A stretch of 63,849 nucleotides of DNA, filler included, from Octopus bimaculoides (lineage: Eukaryota), in assembly GCF_001194135.2 (NCBI RefSeq). It is 6 parts of 6 records of this genome, joined end to end, with 100 filler letters (N's around TTAATTAATTAA, not from the genome) between each part and the next. Parts side by side here need not be neighbours in the genome. Positions count along the whole stretch, not along the records: positions 10,398 to 28,303 come from NC_068991.1; positions 28,404 to 32,134 come from NC_068989.1; positions 32,235 to 42,651 come from NC_069002.1; 3 more parts are not named here. One strand, given 5' to 3'. A program made the position numbers and the translations under genes. Position 1 is the stretch's first letter, and every line of letters starts with the position of its first letter. The notes under the pieces were generated by a model. It saw only the letters and a list, made by a program, of their open reading frames with translations, did no database searches and was not told where the DNA came from. Below, piece after piece: positions 22,762 through 36,613 of this stretch.

Positions 22762-24374
22762 TACATTTCATTTAATTTTTCCAATATTTTATTGTTTTCC
22801 ATGCTTACAGTTGAAAAAGTCTCAATGACCGAAACCGGTACTGAAATGTCTTTTATAAAATTATATATTGTGCAGGTAAATTAATTTTATAATACTACAT
22901 TTCACAACATTAGAACAACAGGTTATTATTTAATGTTCGTGCGATTCATTATTTATGAAACTGAAATTATTTTGAAGCATGAGAAACGTCTTATCTTTGA
23001 CGATTGCTAGAAGGAGAATAGATAACGTTTTGGAAGATGAACACTCAAAATGTATTCTACTACATCGAGTTCCAAATCTAAAGTAAATTACATATTGCAT
23101 AATTTGTCAGAGGTTAACCATAATTTTCGCGAGCGTTTGTTGGATGTCCAACGAATAGAAATAAATGATTTACATTCACCACCCGCCACTTAGATCTCCT
23201 TAATACACCCACTTCTCTATTGCTATTTACAGTATGCTACAGAACGTTGCACCCACTTTCCGTATACTTCGTAAACAACAGTTAATTTTCCGCTTTGAAA
23301 CAGCCTCTACGCGAAATGTCATTAATCGATCAGCTTTCCTCTAACCTCCTCCCATCAAAATTCTAATAAACGTCTACTTGTGCTTTTTATGCCATTCATT
23401 TCAACCATGCCACCGACACCTCTCCCCTCACACATGGCATCTTGTTAACACTTAAGACTATGCACTGCTTCTTACTTGTGAGATTTACATTCTATTACAT
23501 CACGATAACATCAATCACATAATTCCATTATGTCAAATGCTGTATACACCTTATGTTACTATTAAAGATTATATATATCTATTTATATATATATATATAT
23601 ATATCTAGTAATGCGGCGAGCTTGCAGAATCGTTAACACGCAGGGCGAAATGCTTAGTGGTATTTCGTCTGCCGCTACGTTCTGAGTTCAAATTCCACCG
23701 AGGTCGATTTGCCTTTGATCCTTTCAGGGTCGATAAACTAAGTGCCAGTTTCGCATTGGGATCGATATAATTGACTATCCGCCTCCCTAAAATTTCAGGC
23801 CTTGTGTCTATAGTAGAAAGGATTGTATAAGTCTAGTTAAGGCGACGAGCTGGCAGAATCGTTAGCACGCTGGACGAAATGCTTAGCGGTATTTCACCCG
23901 TCGATACGTTCTGAGTTCAAATTCCGCCGAGGTCGACTTTGCCTTTGATCCGTTCAGAGTCGATAATTTAAGTACCAGTGAAACACTAGTGTCGATGCCA
24001 TCAACTACTCCCTATCCTCCCCACAAATTTCAGACTTTGTGCCTTTAGTAAAAAGGATTATGTATATATCTAGTGAATATCAAACACGCTCACAGATACT
24101 ATTACACCATTATGTCAATAACATCTGAATCACTGTCTCTACGGCCACATTTTCAATTTTCCTTGGTATTCGTTCTCTAACAGACGCAACAACCCTTCTC
24201 TATTAGTAACGAAATATGCTTCCTTACTTCGGGTTTGTTATTTTTCACTACTAGGTTTTTCTTGTCGCTACAATGGCGGTGGAAATATTAGTTAATCATG
24301 CATGTACCTTCTTTTAATAGTAGACTTTTAATGTGAAAATCTCGTCAGTTACAACGGTTGCAAAAGTAGTATCC

Positions 24375-24424
<50 letters not shown>

Positions 24425-24471
24425 NNNNNNNNNNNNNNNNNNNNNNNNNNNNNNNNNNNNNNNNNNNNNNN

Positions 24472-24502
<31 letters not shown>

Positions 24503-24532
24503 TCTGTCCTATTTATCTATCTATCGCTCTCT

Positions 24533-24599
<67 letters not shown>

Positions 24600-25693
24600 C
24601 TTATTATGATGTTACAAATTATAATTGGTGGTAATTGTATATAGCACTATTTCATTCATTTTAGAAATTTTGAGAATTAAATAGACTGTGATTTATAATG
24701 ATGTCACATCATTTTGCGAAATGAGACTTTTCATTAAAGATGAAAATAATTACATTCTAGAGGAAGTTCATGGAATATTCGATAATTCTTAGCATTTACA
24801 TACAGAGTAATGAATGTCTAGAGAGGAAGTTTACCATGATAAAATGTCTTAAAGTAGCCAATTATTTTGGTTTCAGTAGCAAATAAACTCCACAAGCCCT
24901 TCGAGGCGTAAGCAATCATTTCAGACTGTTATTTTTGTAAGTAATCTTTCGCGTATGTAGCGAACCAGTAGTCATTAACACATCCTTCTTAATAATTGTC
25001 AACAGGTTAAAATGTATTCACGTGAAATTACAAGTAAAGGTTTTCAAAAACGTGTGGTTTTCCAAGTGATTTCAGTAATTATAAGAAAGATAAACATTTA
25101 TACTTAATAGATGTGGGTTTACATTAGAAATTTGAAATTGAAATTAAGGAAATGCGAAGACGTATAGAATTCATATTTGTAATGGCTTTTATGTTGTTTA
25201 TTTAATACGAAGTTGTTACAATTTCTAGTTGTTGATAATCACGTATAGCGTTCTTTCATTCTTTTTAAAAATCGTCTGCATGATATAACCTGTGGCTATA
25301 TGGGAATTATATTTTACTCTTCAAGGTCGGATATTGTATTAAAGACGAAAATAATTACAATCTGGTGGAAATTAATGGAATGCGCTCTTTCTTTTCTTCG
25401 TAGAACATTAGTAGTTTACGAACCGAAAGAAAAGAACGTTCTTAGATTTTAGATACAGCATAACACACAAATACATAAACTTACACACACAAACACGCAC
25501 GCACGAACGCATACAAATACTCACGTTCACACACACACATATATGTATGTACATATGTAATTTTGTATACGGTTACAAACTTTGACAATCAAAAGATTCG
25601 TTGTAAACGAGTATAAGATTATAACAGATCCCAGCTGACGCAAATTAGCTGTCAGACATGCAGGGTGAAATTTTATATATGCACAGTACAGAT

Positions 25694-25747
<54 letters not shown>

Positions 25748-26195
25748 CACACACACACACACACGCACGCACACATAGACAACACACACTTATATACACG
25801 TACACACTCGCTTACAATTAGTGATTTATATACACAAATATACCAATAGCTACTTGATACGATCATACAGAAAAATAAACACACAGGTGAAGTAATGTAC
25901 AATAATACTTGTACACACATATAGACACAAATACAAAGATGCACACACCTTCACACTTCAATACATACATAGATAAAGGCAAATGCACAAATACATGCAC
26001 ACACATACATGAATGCACATATGTACACCTATAGTTGCAAATACAAACAAGCATATTCAAAATTTATTGTTCGATACAGACATACATATATACATATAAA
26101 CCTTCATACGTACATGTATATATATATGTGTATGTATGTATGTGTGTTTGAACATACACATACAATTACAACTGTACGTGTGTGTATAACTGTGC

Positions 26196-26245
<50 letters not shown>

Positions 26246-28403
26246 GGTGGCCCAAAAGTAGGTTTACAGTTTTAACGAAGTCAATTTAAATTTCTTTAAA
26301 ATAATTTTATTACATTTAAATTTCTATCTTACAATTAACTAAATTAGCATAGAATAATGGTTTTATATTTTTTCTTTTGTAATTAAGATCTAAACTGTAT
26401 ATCTGTTTATATATATATGTATATATATTGTGCTCGGTGCTGCACAAACACACATACACACAAACACATTTACACACACACACACACACTCACACACACA
26501 TACACGCATTCAAATGAAAACGTGCTCACGTTTAACCATATTTTAATGATACGTAAGACGTATTTCAAGATAAAACGAAGCTTGTGCATACATATATACA
26601 AAACAGTCATTTATATACATACATTTATATACACACATTTATATACACACATATATAGACATAATAACATAAGCAATCACACAGATACAGAAAAGCAAAA
26701 CACATCTTCTTGTACATAAATATACAACTACATACACGCAAGTACACCCCCATACACACAAACAACTCCCCCATCTACATACACACCGTTATGCAGTTGC
26801 ATCATACAGTTACAACAAAGCACCGAGCTCTTGAAGTGCTAGAAAGTGAAGCTAAATTCCTCGCAAATCAAACCAGGCCCTGAAAGGTTCAAATCGTTTA
26901 CTGAAGTTTTATATACACTGCGGTATGAATGAAAAATATATTATAAGGCAGGATGGTCATATGTTGAAAAAATTTTGATCAAAGTTCTGCTCGATCGCAG
27001 CTGGCCTAGGGTGAGAGCAGTAGTAGTAGCAGTAGCAACAAAAACTAGCAGCAACATCTAGGTTGCAATATTGTACAATTCATCGATGTACACGTGCCAC
27101 CACATGTAAACACAGACACATAGGCACTGATAACCATGTACGTATACACATTTAAACACTCGCATATACGAAAGCATCCACGCACACATCATCGCAGTTT
27201 CACATACTCACACACACACACATGTACTCACGCACACACACACATGTATAAATGTATGTACACATGTACATGTTCAGCCTCGATGGTGTTGTCAAAAGGG
27301 GTCAGGGCCACTACCACTCCTCTAACAAAGCCTTGAACACACACACACACACACAAGTATATATATATACACACATACATACATATATATATTTATATAT
27401 TTATACATATGTGTATATATGTATCTGTATNNNNNNNNNNNNNNNNNNNNNNNNNNNNNNNNNNNNNNNNNNNNNNNNNNNNNNNNNNNNNNNNNNNNNN
27501 NNNNNNNNNNNNNNNNNNNNNNNNNNNNNNNNNNNNNNNNNNNNNNNNNNNNNNNNNNNNNNNNNNNNNNNNNNNNNNNNNNNNNNNNNNNNNNNNNNNN
27601 NNNNNNNNNNNNNNNNNNNNNNNNNNNNNNNNNNNNNNNNNNNNNNNNNNNNNNNNNNNNNNNNNNNNNNNNNNNNNNNNNNNNNNNNNNNNNNNNNNNN
27701 NNNNNNNNNNNNNNNNNNNNNNNNNNNNNNNNNNNNNNNNNNNNNNNNNNNNNNNNNNNNNNNNNNNNNNNNNNNNNNNNNNNNNNNNNNNNNNNNNNNN
27801 NNNNNNNNNNNNNNNNNNNNNNNNNNNNNNNNNNNNNNNNNNNNNNNNNNNNNNNNNNNNNNNNNATATATATATATGTATATATAAATATATATATATA
27901 AACACTGATTAAGTTGTTATCCACACTCTCCTATAAACAATAATAACACACACACACACATACACCCTCACACACAAACTGCGTATATGCACACGCTGTA
28001 CAAACACATACATCAAGCATCTCTCCCTATCATCCCTCCACTTCCCCCTTCATCTCCTTCTCTCTCTCGCTCTCTCTTCCTCTCTCCCTCTCTCTGTTTA
28101 TCCGTCATTCTTTTTATTTCAAATGCATCTAATTTACAATACGTTATGCAAAGATATTTTTCGTACATCTTCGCATATACGATCTCACGAAACACATAAA
28201 TACACATACACACAAACAAAATGTCTGTATTTATTCAGCCATTTATATATGTGTGTACACATGCATACATACATACATACATACATACATACATACATAC
28301 ATANNNNNNNNNNNNNNNNNNNNNNNNNNNNNNNNNNNNNNNNNNNNTTAATTAATTAANNNNNNNNNNNNNNNNNNNNNNNNNNNNNNNNNNNNNNNNN
28401 NNN

Positions 28404-28731
28404 CTTTTGCAAAATACCTAAAACATTTAGAACTACGCATGACATTATTACGATTATATCTATGATCATAAATTTTTTTATTATTACTCCTAACCAACCT
28501 AACCTTATTATTCCTAACATCCCTATCTACTCTAACCTCACCAGATTCAGGTTCAACATAATAAACCTTATCTTTAAAACCAGCCCTATTTAGGGCTTCA
28601 TTATAAAAAGGAGCTTCATTATCGAAAACAACACGATTAGCAGATAACTTAGAAAGCCTAATCGAAATATTTCTAACTAAATTATCAATAATACTTCTAG
28701 GGTGGTTACTCCATCTACTTATATATTTCAA
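28404..28731 (-). mobile_element. Penelope-like retroelement RT C-terminal fragment
   Basis: YISRWSNHPRSIIDNLVRNISIRLSKLSAN..VF...APFYNEAL.RAGF matches the PLE 'SNHP..II..I..RLS.LSS...F...Y..AL..SGF' region. It runs into the gap. Confidence 0.75.
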
Positions 28732-30421
28732 ATTAGTAGACGGTTTATGGTACGGTCTATGCTAACATGGAAGGCGGATGTTAAACGATGATGATGATAT
28801 ACTAATAAAAATGAAATTCTGTCTGGGTCCCCTGTATCTCAGTCTAAATTCGCTCTACATAGACATATTGTATCTTTATGGAATCAGGATGATCCTGGGA
28901 TTGAAAATCTGCCGTTCATTTGGTTCTTGAACGTCCAGCATTGGGTTCTGATTTAAAAGCATCTGGGTTGCTATTTCTAGCAGATAAAGCTTGGCTGATT
29001 CCCACCATCTTAGTTGGCGTTTATCAGATAACATCAGAGATCAAGTGGGAGACATTCGCTTCGTTAATTTTACGTCGAGATAAGAACTTTGGGACAAATT
29101 GGCCAACAATTAAAATTCAACTTGGGACTGAAGCAATAGGATGATTGCATTACAGAATTAATTCTCAACTGTCCTTAACTTCTGATTAAACACCACCAGG
29201 ACATATAGTCATTATAGATATATTATAAACGATAAACATCGCCCTTTCAAAGCCTAGCCAGGCTCATGGGCCCGGTTTCCCGGTTTCTATGGGTATGTGT
29301 TCCCCCCAGCTGGACGGGACGCCAGTCCATCGCAGCGTTACTCAAGAAACAAGAAGAAAGAGTGAGAGAAAGTTTGGGAGAAAGAGTACAACAGGGGTCC
29401 CCACCACCCCTTGCTGGAGCCTCGTGGAGCTTAGGTGTTTTCGCTCAATAAACACTCACAACGCCCGGTCTGGGAATCGAAACCGCAATCCTCCGACCGC
29501 GAGTCCGCTGCCTTAACCACTGGGCCATTGTGCCTCCACATAGTTATACTATTTAGCTTTCTTTAGTTTTGGGCCGCTGGCCCAGTTAACCTTCCGCAAG
29601 AGCTAGCTTAAAAGTCCACACAGAGTGCGGCTTTTAGGATTGTATATTAATAACCGCAAAATTCTGTCTGTCTTTCTGGGACTCCTGTTTCTCAGTCTAC
29701 ACTTGCTTTCCACATTATTCCTTATTATACCTTTTTTGAATCAGGATGATCCAGGGATTAAATATCTTCCCTTCATTTGGTTCTTGAACATCCAGCATTG
29801 GGATCTGGTTTAAAAGCATTTGGATTGCTATTGCTAGCAGATAAAGTGACTGTGATAGGTTTCGATGTCATTGTATTACTGAGATAGGCGAACGGTTTAC
29901 AAAAGTTACCTTAAAGTTTTACTAAGGAATTTAGTGGTTCTTTTAACTTTCTCAATCTGTGACTGCGCTGGGGCACGCTGCGACAACGCTGGAGCACGAC
30001 CATGAAGAATTTTAATCGAACAAATCGACACCAGTCCTTTATTTTTGATGTCTGGTACTTTTCTTATTGGCCTTATATACCGAACCACTAAGTTACGTGA
30101 ATATAAACACACCAACACCAGCTGTCAAGCAGTGGTGGAGGACAGGCACAGGCACAAAGCCACAATGCACACAAACACACAGACGTATATACTATTGTGC
30201 CTGGAGAGAGTCCTTCTATTTTAGTGCCTTACTATTTAACACACTCACCTATTCAATTTCCACTGATTTATTTATTTTTTTCTAAACTTTTCGTTGCGTC
30301 TTGCTATCTTTTCAATAGTTGTTGACTGTCTGTTATCCGAACTGCGTTCTCTTTGTTTCTGCGCATGTGTGTGGATCAGTGTGTGTGCGCATACAAACAT
30401 GTATGTATGTATGTATGCATC

Positions 30422-30469
30422 GTCTCCGATGAAGGGATATAATAAATATCCTGGAAACAGCTGTAAGAC
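30422..30469 (+). ncRNA. Type-I hammerhead-ribozyme-like motif with palindromic loop III, core variant CCGAUGA
   Basis: GTCT-CCGATGA-A-GGGATAT(AATAA)ATATCCT-G-GAAAC-AGCT-GTA-AGAC. Perfect 4-bp stem I, 7-bp stem II, ACAGCTGT palindrome, GUA triplet. Confidence 0.6.
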
Positions 30470-30604
30470 TTCTATTTATAAATGCTCTAAAATATCACAG
30501 CCTTGGTCTTTTATCTCATTTCGAAAAGTAAATCCTTATATATATATATATGCCTGTGTGTACGTTTGCATGCATGTATTCTGCATATTCATGTGCTTTT
30601 GTGT

Positions 30605-30698
<94 letters not shown>

Positions 30699-30984
30699 AT
30701 GTGTATTTATGTGTGTACCTCTGTCTCCTTGTGCGTGCATGTCTGAATGTGTTTGTGTATGGTTTTTTGTGTGACTGTACGTGCATCTGTTATTTATGGA
30801 TGTGTCTCCATATGTGTCCTTGTGTGAAGTGTGCGTGTGTGTATACGGTCATGTGTTTCAGTCTTCATTTGCGTGTGTATGTGCGTTTGCCTGTCCATAT
30901 TACCTATGTGCCTATCTATCTCTATGTCTGTCTGTTTACATTCATATTTATTTACCAACATACATATGCATATATATATATACC

Positions 30985-32017
30985 TTAATATATAAAATCC
31001 GTTCCGTCCGTCTGTTTGTGCGCTTATAACTCGAGGATTGTTTATCCGATCGCGCTGAAATTTTAAACATGGATACATGAGAGAGCTGGGTGTTCCGCAA
31101 TCTAAAACGATTTTCAAAATCATTAGTTTCAAAGTGAGAATCGCTATTTTTATAATCTTTATGTCCTGTTTGTTCCGCAATCAAAACAACCAGTTGCTCA
31201 GACAGCCGGCTCATGCCATTTCGCTAGCAACAAGGGGAGTACAGGATGACAGTCAGCCCAAACCGTTTCCATGCTGTCTCTCTTTCTTTCCTCTCTCTGT
31301 GGGGTTAATAATATTAATCTTTAGTTACAATTTCTCATTCAAACTACATAATAGGCAGAATTGTCGGATTAAGACAGAAGGGTGTTTTGAGGGAGATTTG
31401 GCTGCTATTTCTACCAAGTCTAGCTGCCATGTACAGGTCTGCCTCATCTTTGATATTATATATTCCTTGTGCTTTCCAAAACCGAGTTACAGATTTTGAC
31501 GTATGGGGTATCAAAAGATTTAGTACTATTTTGGCTACAAATTAAACATTCACATATTTGCATTTCAAAAGTTTAACATAATCTTTTCCATAAATCAACT
31601 ATCGTAAAAATTTTATACTATTACGTCACATTTTCGATATGTGTGTGTAATTTAAAAGACGTCAATCATAACGACACACACCTTCACTCACTCACTCTAT
31701 CTCTCTTTCTCTCTCACATACACACGAGCAAGCACACACGCACGATGAACGCCAGTCCATCGCAGCGTTACTCAAGAAACAGGAAGAAAGAGTGAGAGAA
31801 AGTTGGGGTGAAAGAGTACAACAGGGGTCGTCACCACCCAGTGCCGGAGCCTCATGGAGCTTTAGGTGTTTTTGCTCAATAAATACACACAATGCCCGAT
31901 CTGGGAATCAAAACAGCGATCCTCCGACTGCCGTAACCACTGGGCCATTGCGCCTCCACTTATTATAAACAGACTATGCCCTTTTAATCTCGAGCAACGC
32001 CGGGTGTCTCTGATAGT
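30985..32017 (+). mobile_element. Helitron-type non-autonomous element with a nested SINE
   Basis: 5' tatataaaatccgttccgtccgtctgtttgt; 3' ...gagcaacgccggg-tgtctctg-ATAG-T (variant of the hairpin+CTAG end). A family-C SINE lies inside at about 31745-31957. Confidence 0.45.
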
Positions 32018-33071
32018 GTGTATATATATGTATATATATATATGAAAGAAGGTTTGAAAATGCACTTATTTTAAAGATATTTATTTACTTAACCGGTTTC
32101 ACTTTTTTAGAAAAAGATTATCAAAAGTCTTTGANNNNNNNNNNNNNNNNNNNNNNNNNNNNNNNNNNNNNNNNNNNNTTAATTAATTAANNNNNNNNNN
32201 NNNNNNNNNNNNNNNNNNNNNNNNNNNNNNNNNNCACACACACACACACTCACACACAGAGGGAAAGTTGATGGATACATATAAAGAGGAGATTTGTCAA
32301 TCTGAAAGTTGACTTAGTTCACATTTCAAATTAAATTGAGTAAATATAATTGCATACCTTCCCGTTGGGACGTAAATTCGAAAATCAAATCCTATTTTAC
32401 CGAGGACTCACCATTGCAGAGAAAGAGAGAGAGAGAGAGAGATGTTACCTATATCAGGAATTAATTCCACCCCTACCCTACATCTTTTATAGACATTTAC
32501 TACTATCTAATTAACTCTTTCTAAAGTTTTGTTTCCTTTTCTTGTGAGTTGAGGGGTACCTATTTCAGTATGAAATTTATGACCAACAGCCAGCTATGAG
32601 CTGTCAGCTCACTTTGCTGTTTATTCTAAATATAAGAATTCTTCTAGTCTGAGATTTTTGTTGATCATAAGGAGATCGATAAATTGGAAATGCATTAGAA
32701 CCCTATGATCTCCACTGTGTTTCATGCCACTCTAAAACTTTGTTCTTCTCTTAGCTAGTCTTGCTACGATAGTGATAACATGAAATTCTTCCATCCACTC
32801 GCTCTGTTAAAATATTTAAGAAAAATTATGTTTATATATCTTGTCTTTTGAAGATCCATATTTGTGCAGCTAAAGATAGCGCTGTATTTAAATTGAAGTA
32901 ATGATTGCATTGATCGATTAAATGGAGCCGCTTCAAACGGTCGTACTGCATTACTACTTGACATCCTGTTATTTATTTTGATTTCATTCACCTAACTTCG
33001 AGCTGTGCGGATAATACTGGACTGACTTGGTGCTTCAACATAAGTACTTAATTTACCTGAATCTTAATTAC

Positions 33072-33122
<51 letters not shown>

Positions 33123-33170
33123 TTCACATACATATAGATAAGAAGGCAGTGATAGATAGATAGAAATACG

Positions 33171-33231
<61 letters not shown>

Positions 33232-34339
33232 GAGAGTGAGTGGGAGGAATGGAGAGAGAGAGAGCGCGAATGAAATTTTAAGGTGAAGAACTAATGAATG
33301 ACAACAAAACCAATCTTTGTTTCAATCTCGTTGTTCCAATTCTTTTGCATTTAAGGAACTTGTTCTTTAATTGCATTCTTCGAGTCAAAATAGTGTCATT
33401 CCAACATTCTTCTTCTTCTTCTTCTTCTTCTTCTTCTTCTTCTTCTTCTTCTTCTTCTTCTTCTTCTTCTTCTTCTTCTTCTTCNNNNNNNNNNNNNNNN
33501 NNNNNNNNNNNNNNNNNNNNNNNNNNNNNNNNNNNNNNNNNNNNNNNNNNNNNNNNNNNNNNNNNNNNNNNNNNNNNNNNNNNNNNNNNNNNNNNNNNNN
33601 NNNNNNNNNNNNNNNNNNNNNNNNNNNNNNNNNNNNNNNNNNNNNNNNNNNNNNNNNNNNNNNNNNNNNNNNNNNNNNNNNNNNNNNNNNNNNNNNNNNN
33701 NNNNNNNNNNNNNNNNNNNNNNNNNNNNNNNNNNNNNNNNNNNNNNNNTATTCTTCAGGTCGAGTAGCCCATCTCACTCAAAGGCCCCCTGAATAAGGTT
33801 TCTTAAGGATGATGAACAAAACGCCCTTCTTTCTAGAGTTGAATTCTTCAAACCACAAAGGATTGCTCTCAATACATGGCTATGATGCTCCCCCACTACT
33901 TCTGCTCGGGATCAGAGATGCACATATCATCAGCCACCAAGAACATGCTCAACTGGTTAAGGTCAAACAACTGACAAGCAAATCTGTGGTATTGAGAATA
34001 TTTGCTGTATTTGGCCATCTTTTATACCAAAACAAAACAATGTACATGATAACATTTCCAATGAGTTAAGATCAGAAACCCCTTAGCACTTGACCACAAT
34101 ATTCTACTACAATTATTACTATTATTATTATTATTATTATTATTGTTATTATTATTGAGTGAGAGAGCAGTGCATGCCATCAAAGTGACATTGCGGTAAA
34201 TATACGAAGCCCATTATACCCATCATGACTACCCATCTGATAAGGGTACACCAGGCACATGCATCACAACCATATGTGCGCGACATGGTGATCTCATATC
34301 AAAATAAACAGCGCATGACCGAGTGCATTTCCACGGCAG

Positions 34340-34992
34340 ACTGAGACCTTGAATTTCTTCGCCGCTGGCGAGCCAGGATGTTTCCACTCCATACTATATT
34401 TTTTGGATTCTGCCTCATAATGATGGACTCACATTTAATCCCTTGTGACTATTCTGTTCAAATATCCCTCGCCCTCATTGTTGTAGCGATCGAGTAAACG
34501 TTGGCAGACCTCAAAACGTTTATGCTTGTGCTCTGCAGTAAGCTCTCTTGGCACCCATCTTGCACAGACTTTATGGAAGCCGAGCTTATCGTGAATGATT
34601 TGATAGGCAGAACCATGTCTAATCTGCGTCTGATCTGCAGAGAACGAGCTACCTCATCGATGAATATTCGCCGGTTCACCATTACCATCTCTCGAACTTG
34701 CTGAATCTTCTCGTCAGTGGAGGTTGAGGGGCGTCCTAACACACCTGACACACCTTCTGACTAGAAAAATCGGATCACTGCTCTTTGTTCTTCTTTGGTG
34801 CACTTTGCTAGTGGAGTGGCCATGCTTACACTGTAAAGTCAGAAAGAAAAATGGCATGATCAGGCTCAAACTTCGATCACGTGATCACAATAGTACCGAC
34901 TATAAACACGCATGCGCACAAAACAGTGTGACAATAATAAAGATATGATATGTTATGGTGAAAATGCGGCTAATTTTTGACTTCCCCACGTG
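34340..34992 (-). mobile_element. Mariner-family relic (N-terminal HTH region plus one TIR-like end)
   Basis: Minus-strand GRPSTSTDEKIQQVREMVMVNRRIFIDEVARSLQI. TIR-like taatttttgacttccccacg at about 34973-34990. Confidence 0.7.
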
Positions 34993-35012
34993 TATATTTA
35001 TCTATATATCAG

Positions 35013-35079
<67 letters not shown>

Positions 35080-36573
35080 GTCTGTATTTCTGTCTGTCTG
35101 TCTGACTTTCTATCTGGCTTTCTATATCTTTTGCTTATTCAGTATAATTATATCTAATAGGTGATAAACTTGTCTTATAGTGAACGTCATTGTTATATTT
35201 AATAACATTCAGCTGCTTTCTGTTCCGACTTCAAATTGTGTGAATGTTATCTCCAAACATTTTCCTGGTTGTTAATTTGTTAATTTCTTAATTAGCTAAT
35301 TAACGTCACTAAATTTCAAATTGTTTCTTCCTTCTTCTGTGTCAGCATACAATAAGTGAAGGCGCGTGGCTTAGCGGTTAGGGCATTCGGCTGACGGTCG
35401 TAAGGCTATGAGTTAGATTCCTGGCGACGCGTAATGTCCTTAAGCAAGATATTCTATTTCACGCTGCTCCGGTCCACTCAGCTGGCAAAAATGAGTTGTA
35501 CCTGTAATTCAAATGAGTTGTACCTGTCTAAACTTAGTGGCTGTTATGTACAGAACAACTGGGTTGATATGCACTGAGTATATGCACTCCGTAGATGAAG
35601 ACGGGTGACTTAGTGGTTACGGCATTCGGCTCACAGTCATAAGGCCGTGAGTTCCATACCCGGTGATGCGTGGTGTATTTGAGCAAGGCAATTTATTTTA
35701 CCTTGCTCAATTTCATTCAGCTTGAGAGAATGAGTGGTGCCTGTATTTCAATCAGCCAGCCTTGTCACATTCTCTGACAAGGCCAAGTCTCCCCGAGGAT
35801 TAAGTTAAAGGTCTGTGGTGTGCTCAGCCACTTGCACGTTTATTTCATAGGTAAGGTCTTCCGTTGGTCGGGTCAACTGGAACCCTCAGCGTCGTAAACG
35901 ACGGAGAACCAGTTATGAACCCTCTGAAAAGTTAACGGTGGCTGTTTTGATTAGAGACGAGAAAGCCTTCCTTTTTAGGGATTGAGGTGCCAGGTTACGG
36001 GACTTGGTAGTTGTTGGTGATTTCCTACAGGTGTTGACATTTGTAATTTTTACCTGAATTATCGCAGGTAAAAAGGCTTTAGTTGTATAAGGGATATGAG
36101 AAGAGAAATACACAGTTCATTAAGAGCCCGCAGAACAGCGAGGATCCAGCTGGTATGTTCGAGAAGTAGAAGCCATTACAGTAGCAAGAGAAAAAAGAAA
36201 CAAAGAGAGAGAGAAAGTGGGAGGAGGGAAGGGAAACGAGAGAGAATGAGATACAGAGGGAACGAGAGAGAATGAAGAGCGTGAGAGGGAGACAGACAGG
36301 TAAACAGAGAGGAAGAGAGAGAGAGAATGAGAGAAAGAGAAAGAGAGAGAGAAAGAGAGAGAGAAAGAAAGAGCGAGAGAGGAAGGGAAATGAAACGAGA
36401 GAGAGAGGGAGGGAGTGGGGGAGGGAGGGGAGTGAAATGAGAGGGAGGAGAGGGAAACGAGAGAGAGAGAGAGAAGAGCGAGAGAGAAGAGCGAGAGAGA
36501 AAGGGAGGAAGGGAGGGGAAACGACAGAGATACACACATGAGAGAGAGAAAAATGAGAGAGACAGAGAAAGAC

Positions 36574-36613
<40 letters not shown>

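Noticed and set aside
36031-36152. Possible plus-strand micro-exons (VDICNFYLNYR; MRREIHSSLRARRTARIQL|GT) and a 10-bp hairpin at 36046-36073
   Set aside because: No similarity to the PAXBP1 N-terminus, no compatible partner exons, and the short IR is within chance for AT-rich DNA.
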